Notes under the pieces: generated by a model
The model's input: the letters and a program-made list of their open reading frames with translations, nothing else
Told to the model about the DNA's origin: nothing
Database searches by the model: none
Assembly (NCBI GenBank): GCA_964015055.1
Contig: CAXHBG010000002.1
Span: forward strand, 1-41,242
Source: an uncultured Thermoplasmata archaeon
Lineage (GTDB): Archaea; Thermoplasmatota; Poseidoniia; MGIII; CG-Epi1
Direction: 5' to 3'
Length of the DNA stretch: 41,242 nt
In this document: one piece after another, positions 16,735-25,604 of the stretch
Layout: the number at the start of each line of letters is the position of its first letter
Numbering within the stretch: the stretch's first letter is position 1
Translations under genes and position numbers: made by a program

Positions 16735-17501
16735 AATAATTGATCTAACCTCACTTTAATCGTCTCAAATCCTTCAGCAAAAGGGCTTGATAATTGTATA
16801 CCTCTCATTTTTACTACAGATCTAAAAAATTTCTCACTAAAATAAGGGTTATGTTTTTGACTATCGTAGCAATCTAATGCTAATATTTTTTTCTTTATGT
16901 GTCTTTCTTCAAGCGGAATAAAGCAATTTAGTGAAACAGATAGATTATTCCAAGGTAATTCATATCCAAGTAAAGTACAATTTCTGAAAGCTCGTTTAGC
17001 TTCAGCCGTCACCACTCCATGATCTTGGTGAATATCAGTAGTAGTGGGAGTGAAAACTAAATCATAATCTATACTTCTAGAATGGTCGTATAGCGCTTGC
17101 AAAATTTCTTGTCTATCTCTTGGAAAAAATCTAGTATGAAAATCTAAAACTTCATGAGTAATCCCTAATATTTTACCTGAGTTTGCAGCCTCTTCAACTA
17201 AATTAGGATATCTTTCAGCCACAGCACTAAAATAAATTACATGTACTTTCCAACCTTCTTCAATAAGCTTGGCAATTGTCCCCCCACAACCTAACTCTGC
17301 ATCGTCCGTGTGAGGACTAAGGACTAGGGCTTTTTTGGCAGTATTATTCTTTAGTTTCGAACTTACAGTATTTCTTAATAGTTCGCTAATATTTTGGTTA
17401 CTACATTTAGCTTCTTCTTTGAAAGATTTCCAATTATCAGAAAATTCATCAGTTATTGTGAACAGATATTGTTCTGGTTTTTTTCCTTTCTTCCACACCA
17501 T
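16731..17501 (-). CDS. PIG-L/LmbE-family N-acetylglucosaminyl de-N-acetylase with ~55-aa N-terminal extension
   Basis: Motifs LVLSPHTDDAELGCGG and HQDH are typical of PIG-L zinc deacetylases. The extra N-terminal segment is described in the findings. Confidence 0.8.
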   Translation of the reverse strand: MVWKKGKKPEQYLFTITDEFSDNWKSFKEEAKCSNQNISELLRNTVSSKLKNNTAKKALVLSPHTDDAELGCGGTIAKLIEEGWKVHVIYFSAVAERYPNLVEEAANSGKILGITHEVLDFHTRFFPRDRQEILQALYDHSRSIDYDLVFTPTTTDIHQDHGVVTAEAKRAFRNCTLLGYELPWNNLSVSLNCFIPLEERHIKKKILALDCYDSQKHNPYFSEKFFRSVVKMRGIQLSSPFAEGFETIKVRLDQLL

Positions 17502-17552
17502 AAGTTATATATCTTTAAATAAATGGTTATATAACCTTTTTTATGGTTAATT

Positions 17553-18104
17553 ATGGAAGAGATTAAAATAGAAAATTTTGAAGGAGTGTATGAACCTGCA
17601 GAAGATTCCTGGATGGTTTGTAATTATCTTCCAGAAGAACTGGGTTCAGCGTTAGAAATAGGCTGCGGTTCTGGAATTATCTCTATACATTTGGCTAAAA
17701 GAGGAAACACTGTAACTTCCGTTGACATCAATCCTAAAGCCGTAAGTGCTACGAAATTTAATGCTAATCTAAATAAAGTAAACATTGAAGTTTTAGAAGG
17801 AAACATGTTTGAAAAAGTTAAAGGTCGCAAATTTGATTTCATAGTTTGCAACTCTCCCTACCTGCCTCCAACAGAAGATTATAATGATCCAGAATTAGCT
17901 TTAGCAGTCGAAGGAGGTCCTACAGGTTCAGAATTTACAATTGAATTGTTGTCTAAAGCTGAAGAATTTCTTAAGATTGGCGGAAATTTATATCTTATAA
18001 TATCGAGCAAAATGAAAAAGATAAATGTAGATTGGAAAAGAGAAGTTATATGCGAACAGAAATTCTTTTTTGAAAGACTTACTTTAGAACGATTTTGGAA
18101 ATAG
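17553..18104 (+). CDS. HemK/PrmC-related SAM-dependent methyltransferase (archaeal Mtq2-like)
   Basis: SAM motif I EIGCGSGIISI and motif IV VCNSPYLP (NPPY-type). Its ~180-aa size matches archaeal HemK-related methylases. Confidence 0.75.
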   Translation: MEEIKIENFEGVYEPAEDSWMVCNYLPEELGSALEIGCGSGIISIHLAKRGNTVTSVDINPKAVSATKFNANLNKVNIEVLEGNMFEKVKGRKFDFIVCNSPYLPPTEDYNDPELALAVEGGPTGSEFTIELLSKAEEFLKIGGNLYLIISSKMKKINVDWKREVICEQKFFFERLTLERFWK

Positions 18105-18107
18105 CAG

Positions 18108-18767
18108 TTAGTTAACAATTTCAGTTGCTGAATCACTTCCACGGTTTGAGCCAATTTTTAAGACGCGCATAATTATTTGCCCGAAAGGTAATGACAATCC
18201 AGAGTAAACTAAAATCCAATGTGGTAAAATCCATAAATCATCGTCTAAACTATAATTTGGTTCCCAAGGTAAAGAGATTACTTGCAAGTCTAAGCCATTG
18301 ACAAATATTCGTAACCACATAATGATAGGTATCGCTATTATCATTGTGAAAGCCATTGGTTTCATTTGATTAGACATCATCTCACTCTGTAATAGCATAA
18401 TTTGTGGTTGCATTGCAAATAGTTTTTTCATTTTGGCTTCGTTACCGCTTTGTCTTGCTTCTCCCATTGCCTTATTGTACGCTCCCATTTTAGTTTGAAT
18501 TTCAGCCATTTTTTCCCAGTCTATAATGAAGTGGCGGATGATTGTTGTAAAGGAAATCATAATAATTCCTGCAAAGAGAAAAGTAAGTACAGGATATTGA
18601 TGGTCAAATGTTATTCTAGGCTCTAACACTGAACCAGCAGATTCTCCCATAAAATCTCTTAAATCAGGATTAATAATTATCCAAAGCATAAACATCATAG
18701 TTAGAAAAGTCCCTCCGATTGCAGGAGGTTGCACATCTTCTTCAGCATCCAATTTTTCTTCACTCAT
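18108..18767 (-). CDS. DUF106 / archaeal YidC-Oxa1-like membrane protein
   Basis: Three hydrophobic helices flank a Lys/Met-rich coiled segment (KMGAYNKAMGEARQSGNEAKMKKLFAMQPQ). It sits in the conserved position immediately downstream of adk in the archaeal secY cluster. Confidence 0.7.
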   Translation of the reverse strand: MSEEKLDAEEDVQPPAIGGTFLTMMFMLWIIINPDLRDFMGESAGSVLEPRITFDHQYPVLTFLFAGIIMISFTTIIRHFIIDWEKMAEIQTKMGAYNKAMGEARQSGNEAKMKKLFAMQPQIMLLQSEMMSNQMKPMAFTMIIAIPIIMWLRIFVNGLDLQVISLPWEPNYSLDDDLWILPHWILVYSGLSLPFGQIIMRVLKIGSNRGSDSATEIVN

Positions 18768-19300
18768 ATATTAAGAATTTGTTTGAATGCTTCAACAGCT
18801 ACTTCTATTTTATTGTCATTGTTAGGTACAAATCCAACAGTTGCTCCTGTCATAAAAGCTGCAGCAATAGCATACTCTCTGTTTATTCTCTGGTGTAAGC
18901 CGATATCGTCTTTGTCTCGAGCTCTTGAAGCGTCCTTAGTTCGCCTATTTTCAATTTCTTCAGGAAGTGCCTCAACAAGAACAATTGTATTAGGCATAAT
19001 TGCCTTAACGGTCCATTCAGGGAGCCCAGGAAGGTATCCTGAAGGTGTAAGTATTGAAGCATGAGTATCAACTATTACATTATCCATAAGACCTATTTTT
19101 TCACCAGCTTGTTTTTGCAATCTCTTTTGAACGTCAACGGGAAGTTTTCTCAAATCATCTCGATTAGAAACACCTTCTTTCTGGGCTTCTTTAAACATAG
19201 TAGTCCCAAAGTTAACAATATTATAACCAAAATCTTTTGCAGAATTCATGACGGTGCTCTTTCCAACACCAGGGACTCCAGTTACGATAACAATACTCAT
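18764..19300 (-). CDS. adk: Adenylate kinase, archaeal type
   Basis: P-loop VTGVPGVGKST plus VDTH...GYLPGLP, collinear with archaeal AdkA. Confidence 0.9.
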   Translation of the reverse strand: MSIVIVTGVPGVGKSTVMNSAKDFGYNIVNFGTTMFKEAQKEGVSNRDDLRKLPVDVQKRLQKQAGEKIGLMDNVIVDTHASILTPSGYLPGLPEWTVKAIMPNTIVLVEALPEEIENRRTKDASRARDKDDIGLHQRINREYAIAAAFMTGATVGFVPNNDNKIEVAVEAFKQILNI

Positions 19301-19301
19301 T

Positions 19302-19916
19302 TTACGGTCCTAACCTATTAGGTTTTTTTAAATTATCTGGTAGTTTACTAAAAACTGCGGGACATCCTTTTGCCATATGCCATGCAGGAACATCTTTAGT
19401 AACAACAGCACCTCCAGCAATGAATGCCCCTTTTCCAATTGTTAATCCAGGCATTATAGTTGCATTAGACCCAACAGAAACATCGTCCTCAATAGTAATG
19501 GGTTCACAATGGTATTCAGTTCTTAAAGGAATTTTATCATTTGTTAGAGATGCATTTGGACCAAGAAATACTCTATCCCCAATGACAGTTCCAGTTGGAA
19601 TATATGCTCCAGTTTGAAAACTACAATAATTCCCAATAGTACAATTATTATCTACAACAACATTGGTTCCTATTAAGCATCCGTCTCCTACAGTAGTATT
19701 TTCACGAACAAGAAAGTTATGACCAGTTCTAGTTTTTTTACCTAATTTAGCTGTAGAATATACTGACCCAGGTCTTATGATTGATCCGGCCCCAATCACA
19801 CAACCTGCAATTTCTTTAGATTCTTTTTCTAATTCTTTTGAGTGAGGATAACCAATTAAAGCATCTGAATCAATAAAACAATCATCTTCGATAATAGATT
19901 CGCCGTAAATGGGCAT
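19302..19916 (-). CDS. Left-handed beta-helix (hexapeptide-repeat) acyl/acetyltransferase
   Basis: Repeated [LIV]-G-x4 hexapeptides (IGAGSII, VGDGCLIGTNVVV, IGNYCSF, IGDRVFLG, VGSNATI, IGKGAFIAGGAVV). Confidence 0.8.
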   Translation of the reverse strand: MPIYGESIIEDDCFIDSDALIGYPHSKELEKESKEIAGCVIGAGSIIRPGSVYSTAKLGKKTRTGHNFLVRENTTVGDGCLIGTNVVVDNNCTIGNYCSFQTGAYIPTGTVIGDRVFLGPNASLTNDKIPLRTEYHCEPITIEDDVSVGSNATIMPGLTIGKGAFIAGGAVVTKDVPAWHMAKGCPAVFSKLPDNLKKPNRLGP

Positions 19917-21625
19917 TAATCCTCGCCGAAGAAACTTCGAAGAACGGGATGCATTTCCATCATTTGTTCTTTTCCAATTTGCTCATACATACGTATCATA
20001 ATCCCGACAGTAAGTAGCACCCCTGTACCAGACGACTGTCCAACAGTACCAATCATGTCGGCTCCAGCAGCTAAGAATCCAACGACAGCACCACTGAAAA
20101 CAGTAACAGTAGGAATGTATCTTTCCAAAACCTTTTCAACTATTCTTGGGTCTCTACGGAATCCTGGAATTTGCATACCTGAGCCTTGAATTTGCTTGGC
20201 TACAGCTTCAGGACCCATATTTGTCGTTTCGATCCAAAACTTAGCAAAAATAATAGATCCAAAGACCATAATGGACATGTAAATTACAATGTGGGCAACA
20301 AGCTGCCATGGTTCATGATCACCCATGTATGCACCATATTTATCTGGACTTACTAAAGGTAAGAACCAGTCTTGAAGACCAGCCAGCCGATTGACGTAGT
20401 AAGCTAAACCCATTGTTGGTACAGGGTTACTTCCGTCGGTAGTATCAAAAGCTCCCAGTCTCCAATTATGACCCAAAATAGGCCATTTTGACATACTAGG
20501 ATGAGACCAAAACAAAAGAGCAAACATGTTTACGTTTGCTAACAATGCAGCCATCAAAATTACAGGAATGTTACTTGCGTAAATTAATCTAATAGGATAT
20601 CTTCCTCTTGCTCCCCTTACTTTTCCATGGGCTAAAGGCAACTCAATCCTTGAGGATTCTACGTAAACAACAATTAGGAATACAATGAATGTTCCAATTA
20701 AAGCAACTAATGGATTAGGCGGAGCTAACAAAATAGCTTCGTAACCACCTCCACTCAAGTCTTGAGTAGATGAATTTTTAATGTACCACAAAATCATAGG
20801 AAGAGTTCCAGAAGGAGTTTCAGTACCGCTTCCTGGAGCCGGTTCCCAGTTCAAAGTTCCAGTAAATATTGCCTGAGAAACTCCAGCAGCAATGAAAAGA
20901 GAGATACCTGATCCAATACCCCATTTAGATACACTTTCATCCATCAAAAATACTAGATAAGATCCTATTGCTAATTGAGTAATAATCGTCATTCTAGCCC
21001 AAGTAAGTCCGACTTCGGCAACAAGAGAAGAGCTAGGTTCTAAGAAACCAAATACTTGTGGAACAGATTCAACGATAATCATTACAATTACCAATACTTT
21101 TTGAGTTCCTTGGTATATTTCTTTATCTCGTGGGTCTTGTAAGTTTAAGTTAATAATTTTTGCACCGGTAAATAGCTGCATGATAATGCTTCCAGTAACA
21201 ATGGGGCCAATTCCCAAGTGCATTAAACTTCCACTAGCTCCAGCTAAAATTGCACGATATTGACTGAATAAATCAATAGTTTCTCCGCCAAGACCATACA
21301 AAGCTACGTTTGTCATGGCAAAGTATACAATTAGAATTGCCAAGGTCCAGGTCATTTTTGTTCTAAAGTGTACGTGCCCTTCCGGTTTTTGTACGGTAGG
21401 CATTCTTCCAATTATCGGTTTTAGCCCGTGTAACTTTGAACCTTCACCTGAATATGAAGCTCCCATGTAAACTAGCCAAGTGATTCCGATAGTACCTAAT
21501 CCCATAAAGGTTGCAGCAGTAGTTTCGGGAGATTTCCAATTGTACCATAGCACATAGAGGAAAATCATAAACAAACAAGGCAAGATTGCCTGTGCGGGAT
21601 TTCTAGGAATATTTTCTTCAGCCAT
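19916..21625 (-). CDS. secY: Preprotein translocase subunit SecY (with ~66-aa N-terminal extension)
   Basis: Collinear with archaeal SecY from LKPIIGRMPTV onward (GIGPIVTGSIIMQL, WGIGSGISLFIAAGV, IELPLAHGKVRGARGRYPIRLIYASNIPVIL, GTGVLLTVGI). The ATG overlaps the rpl15 stop by 8 nt. Confidence 0.9.
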   Translation of the reverse strand: MAEENIPRNPAQAILPCLFMIFLYVLWYNWKSPETTAATFMGLGTIGITWLVYMGASYSGEGSKLHGLKPIIGRMPTVQKPEGHVHFRTKMTWTLAILIVYFAMTNVALYGLGGETIDLFSQYRAILAGASGSLMHLGIGPIVTGSIIMQLFTGAKIINLNLQDPRDKEIYQGTQKVLVIVMIIVESVPQVFGFLEPSSSLVAEVGLTWARMTIITQLAIGSYLVFLMDESVSKWGIGSGISLFIAAGVSQAIFTGTLNWEPAPGSGTETPSGTLPMILWYIKNSSTQDLSGGGYEAILLAPPNPLVALIGTFIVFLIVVYVESSRIELPLAHGKVRGARGRYPIRLIYASNIPVILMAALLANVNMFALLFWSHPSMSKWPILGHNWRLGAFDTTDGSNPVPTMGLAYYVNRLAGLQDWFLPLVSPDKYGAYMGDHEPWQLVAHIVIYMSIMVFGSIIFAKFWIETTNMGPEAVAKQIQGSGMQIPGFRRDPRIVEKVLERYIPTVTVFSGAVVGFLAAGADMIGTVGQSSGTGVLLTVGIMIRMYEQIGKEQMMEMHPVLRSFFGED

Positions 21626-22040
21626 TTATGACCTCTCCACCAGCCGCCTCAACTTTTTCCACGGCCTTTGCAGAGGCAGCACTTATTGTAATTTTATAAG
21701 CTTGACTAGGTACACCAGTACCTAATAATTTATCATATCCCATTTTCTTCAAGTCAATAGATACAACTTTTCCTTTCTTTGATGCATTTCCTTGATCAAC
21801 CCATTCGGCTGCACTTTCTTCAATAACTTTCAAGTTTATAGCATTGTTAGCCATTACAACAGTTTGTGGTCTCTTGAATCCATGAGCTCCCCAAACTCGG
21901 CCGACACGTTCGTACATAATTCGTTTAGTCTTATGACAACCGGCATTTCCACGGCCGCCTCTTAGTCCAGCACCACGGCCTTTCTTGTGACCGCGACCTC
22001 TAGTTCGACTTCCGGTTTTCAGAGCTTTACGCCTGGGCAT
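21618..22040 (-). CDS. rpl15: 50S ribosomal protein uL15
   Basis: Gly/Arg-rich N-terminus (GRGHKKGRGAGLRGGRGNAG) and conserved operon position before secY. Confidence 0.9.
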   Translation of the reverse strand: MPRRKALKTGSRTRGRGHKKGRGAGLRGGRGNAGCHKTKRIMYERVGRVWGAHGFKRPQTVVMANNAINLKVIEESAAEWVDQGNASKKGKVVSIDLKKMGYDKLLGTGVPSQAYKITISAASAKAVEKVEAAGGEVING

Positions 22041-22500
22041 ATTGCATCCTCCTTAGTAACGCATTAATTTTGTCAGCTCTATATCCTAAAGCACCACCTT
22101 CCTTGAAACTACGTTTAATTCCCTCGTATCCTTTTCGAGGTGGATGTAATCTAAACAAAGGTTTCAAACCAGGCACATCTCTCATAACAGTTTTTCCTTC
22201 AGTTAATCCTTTGGCTAAAGCTTTCATGGTTTTGAAAGAGGTTTCTTTTAAATGTTCTTTAGAGAAATCAGAATTTCCGCTGGTTTTTCCTGAGCTTTGT
22301 AATAATAATTCGGTAGTATCAGAATCAATTTCTCCCCATGTCACGTAATCTTTAATGATGTTAAGCATTCCAGTGTAAGTATCATTCTCTGGAACAATAA
22401 CGCAGTGATTCACACGGTTCAACCTCATTAACTTCATGGTCTCTTTAATTTTTGGATTAACATTAACAGATCCTCTAACTCTAACAACAGCCCAGCTCAT
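22027..22500 (-). CDS. rpl30: 50S ribosomal protein uL30
   Basis: WAVVRVRGSVNVNPKIKETMKLMRL pattern and operon position. Confidence 0.9.
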   Translation of the reverse strand: MSWAVVRVRGSVNVNPKIKETMKLMRLNRVNHCVIVPENDTYTGMLNIIKDYVTWGEIDSDTTELLLQSSGKTSGNSDFSKEHLKETSFKTMKALAKGLTEGKTVMRDVPGLKPLFRLHPPRKGYEGIKRSFKEGGALGYRADKINALLRRMQYAQA

Positions 22501-23297
22501 TCTTGTTTCACTCCTTTAATCATGTTGTGGAATTCTTCTTGACCAGGCAATAATTTAGTAGATTGAGTCTTTTCCAACGCTTTGAACATTGCACTAGCGA
22601 AGTTGTAAATGGTTTGAGTTTGTCCTCTTGTAAATGACCATGCATCTTCTACGCCAGCAAGTTTTAGCATAATTTGTCCAACTTGGTTTGTCACTAATCC
22701 AACACCAGGTGGTGCAGGCTTAATTTTAACTCTAGTAGAACCAGTTCTTCCTGACACTTCAAACGGTAAGGAATTTGGAACTGCAGTAGAGCATTCCCAA
22801 GAACCACTTCCTCTGCGAACTTCAATAATATTTAATTTTGCACGATCGAGTGCTTTGGTAATTGTAGGCCTTACTAATTTTCCAGAAACACGACCCAATC
22901 CAACAACTCCATCTCCATTTCCGACAATAGTGGTAACTGCAAAGCGAACCCTTCTACCAGAATCAGACATTCTTTGGACCATATGAATATCTATAACTTC
23001 TTCCATCATGTCAGTAATAAGTAAATCAACAATTGGAGCTTCTCTTAGGGGCAATCCACTTGCAAGAGCTTCTTTAATGGTAGTGATTTCACCAGAAACG
23101 ACTTTACGTCCTAATTCAGTTTTTGGCGTCCAATTTGAAATTCTTTCTTCGGCAGCCTTTCTGCGTTGTTGGGCCGGAGATAGAGGAGGCCCTCTTTTCT
23201 GTCTATTATCTTTGTTAGGCCCTTTGCCTTCATACCTAGAGTCAGTTTTCTTAGATTCAGATGTTTTATCTTCTGTTTTCTTTACTTCTTCACTCAT
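22497..23297 (-). CDS. rps5: 30S ribosomal protein uS5
   Basis: RVRFAVTTIVGNGDGVVGLG core and operon position. Long basic/acidic N-terminal tail. Confidence 0.9.
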   Translation of the reverse strand: MSEEVKKTEDKTSESKKTDSRYEGKGPNKDNRQKRGPPLSPAQQRRKAAEERISNWTPKTELGRKVVSGEITTIKEALASGLPLREAPIVDLLITDMMEEVIDIHMVQRMSDSGRRVRFAVTTIVGNGDGVVGLGRVSGKLVRPTITKALDRAKLNIIEVRRGSGSWECSTAVPNSLPFEVSGRTGSTRVKIKPAPPGVGLVTNQVGQIMLKLAGVEDAWSFTRGQTQTIYNFASAMFKALEKTQSTKLLPGQEEFHNMIKGVKQE

Positions 23298-23785
23298 TTC
23301 TTACCATCCATTTTTTTCGAAACTTTATCAAAATCTTTTACAATTTTTTCAGAAATATGACTTCCATTAATTCGGTCGTCAGAAGGATATGAACTTTCGG
23401 AATGAGGAATTTCCAAACCTCCATCTACAAGACCTTTTAGAACTGCAAAAGCTCGATTTCCTGAAATAGGAGTAATTCTTCCAATATCCAAAACAGCAGA
23501 TGAAACTCCGGCTTTAATAGCATTTTTAGCAGCCAACTTTCCAGATAAGTATGAGGCAGGAAGGTTTGTTTTTGAGTTTTTCCAACCCATTTTTTCCAAA
23601 TCAGCAGATGTAGCCGAAGCTAATACGCGATCACCTTTACCTTCAAAGTTACTAATTTGAATCATTACTTTGGAATTTGTAAATCTAACCACAGCCCTAG
23701 GAAGTCCAGATTTGAGCAATGCTAATCTTTTGCGATAATTAGTTACGCCTTTTCTTCTGCGAGCAAAGTGCATTCTTTTTGGCAT
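23294..23785 (-). CDS. rpl18: 50S ribosomal protein uL18
   Basis: RRRKGVTNYRKRLALLKSGLPRAVVRFTN pattern and operon position. Confidence 0.9.
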   Translation of the reverse strand: MPKRMHFARRRKGVTNYRKRLALLKSGLPRAVVRFTNSKVMIQISNFEGKGDRVLASATSADLEKMGWKNSKTNLPASYLSGKLAAKNAIKAGVSSAVLDIGRITPISGNRAFAVLKGLVDGGLEIPHSESSYPSDDRINGSHISEKIVKDFDKVSKKMDGKK

Positions 23786-24249
23786 TATTTTTTACCTCCT
23801 AATTTAATTCCATCGATTTCCATATTATATCTTAAGTGGTTTCTTGAATTGTAAACTCCACCTTTCGCTCTACGGTAATACAATCGATATTGAGAAGCAT
23901 CAATAATTTTTTCATCTCTCATCGTATTTAATTCTCTGCGTAGAGCACGTACTTTAGTCATCCATGCTTCTTTCTTTGGAGTCCTTGCCCCACCGTGTCC
24001 TTTTCTTGATCCATGGCCTTTTCGACGTCCTTTAGAACGCTGAACTGCCATAGCTTTTGCACGGCCACGGGAAATACCTTTTTTCTGATGTTTACGTATA
24101 AAGCGTTGGACAATGAGTAATCTTACATCATCTCTTGTCACAGCTTCAGAAATTCTTTCTTGAACTTCAGGACGGTCGTCAATCCAAACGCGATTAACAC
24201 CACACTTTAGTACTGTAGCAGCAACCCTTCTCTGATATGATAAATTCAT
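23785..24249 (-). CDS. rpl19e: 50S ribosomal protein eL19
   Basis: QRRVAATVLKCGVNRVWIDD N-terminus typical of L19e, and operon position. Confidence 0.9.
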   Translation of the reverse strand: MNLSYQRRVAATVLKCGVNRVWIDDRPEVQERISEAVTRDDVRLLIVQRFIRKHQKKGISRGRAKAMAVQRSKGRRKGHGSRKGHGGARTPKKEAWMTKVRALRRELNTMRDEKIIDASQYRLYYRRAKGGVYNSRNHLRYNMEIDGIKLGGKK

Positions 24250-24671
24250 AGATCTCTCCTGTTAAGTACACGTATTTTCAGTTCATCAGCTTTTTGAACA
24301 ATCATTTCACGTTTTTTATCGCCAACTTTACTTGAAATTCGAATAGCTTGAGCTTTAGGGTCAACATTTTCTAAGTTTTTAGGATTATAAACTAAAACTT
24401 CTTCAAAACCAGAAGGATGTAGACCTCTGACACTTGCAGGCCCTCTAAAGCCGACCTGAACTACAGGTATTCTATACTTGAAGTGCCTTCTCATTTTTGA
24501 GTGTATTCCGCGAGGACGCCTCCACTTTTGCCCTAGTCTTTTGTATCTAAACCAGTTCTGTCGTTTAAAATTAGGCCTTTTATGCGACATACGGTTTCGT
24601 TTTGATAAATCAGTTTTTTGTTCTTTAGTCAAAACAGGCTTTTGTCTTGGTTTGTATTCTTCATCGCTCAT
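24246..24671 (-). CDS. rpl32e: 50S ribosomal protein eL32
   Basis: FKRQNWFRYKRLGQKWRRPRGIHSKMR pattern and operon position. Confidence 0.9.
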   Translation of the reverse strand: MSDEEYKPRQKPVLTKEQKTDLSKRNRMSHKRPNFKRQNWFRYKRLGQKWRRPRGIHSKMRRHFKYRIPVVQVGFRGPASVRGLHPSGFEEVLVYNPKNLENVDPKAQAIRISSKVGDKKREMIVQKADELKIRVLNRRDL

Positions 24672-25210
24672 TGTGCGGCTCCCTTAGATACAACATAAAT
24701 TCCATCTTGGAAAACTCGGATATCTCTTCCTTTTACAACAGTAGCACGTTCTAAATTGGCGGCAGTCTGACCAACGTCTTCAACATTGTTTCCTTCAATA
24801 GTTACCTTATCGCCTTTTGCAATAACTTTGGTATCTCCACAAATATTTGCATGCCTAGTAGTTTTTTCCCCTAAGAAATTGGCAATATCTACAACATTTC
24901 CTTTTACAGCAACCTTCATTGGAAAGTGAGCAAAAACAATTTTCATTTCATATAAGAATCCAGAAGAAACACCTTGAGCCATATTCTTCAAGTGAGCTCT
25001 CCAAGTTCCGATTAGAGCTTTTTCTTTTCTTCGTAATTTCTTTCCGACTAGTTTAATATTCCCATTGTCCTCAGACAAAGAAATCATGGAGTGTTTGAAA
25101 ATACGGGTTAAGTCTCCTCGAGGCCCTGAAAGCTTTGCTTCGTCATTATTTATAGAGAAAGTAACGCTTTCTGGCAACTCAACTTCGTAAATTAATTCTT
25201 CAATTAACAT
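24668..25210 (-). CDS. rpl6: 50S ribosomal protein uL6
   Basis: Size, two-domain pattern and position between eL32 and uS8. Confidence 0.88.
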   Translation of the reverse strand: MLIEELIYEVELPESVTFSINNDEAKLSGPRGDLTRIFKHSMISLSEDNGNIKLVGKKLRRKEKALIGTWRAHLKNMAQGVSSGFLYEMKIVFAHFPMKVAVKGNVVDIANFLGEKTTRHANICGDTKVIAKGDKVTIEGNNVEDVGQTAANLERATVVKGRDIRVFQDGIYVVSKGAAQ

Positions 25211-25597
25211 TTAGTAAACGTAAGCTAGTAGCTTCCCTCCTGTTGATGCTTCTTTAGCAGCGTCATTATTCATAACTCCTAAAGGCGTTGTAAGAATTAA
25301 AATACCGAAATCTTTTGCAGGTAAATATCTAGCTTCATGTCTTTCCATTTCTTTTAACTTAACTGAGAATCTAGGCTTAATTGCACCACAACCATTAATC
25401 CTACCATTTAGGGAGATATTGAAAATTCCGCCTTTACCATTGTCCTCATATTCATAATTATTCAGATATCCTTTTTCAGTTAACTGCTTTAGAACATCCC
25501 CAATTAATCTTGAGGCTGGAACAACAGCCGTGTCCTTACCTACGTGGTCAGCATTTTTGATTATTATTAGCGCATCAGATAGTGAATCGTGTCTCAT
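25211..25597 (-). CDS. rps8: 30S ribosomal protein uS8
   Basis: DSLSDALIIIKNA N-terminus and C-terminal GGKLLAYVY. Confidence 0.9.
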   Translation of the reverse strand: MRHDSLSDALIIIKNADHVGKDTAVVPASRLIGDVLKQLTEKGYLNNYEYEDNGKGGIFNISLNGRINGCGAIKPRFSVKLKEMERHEARYLPAKDFGILILTTPLGVMNNDAAKEASTGGKLLAYVY

Positions 25598-25604
25598 TTA
25601 TACC

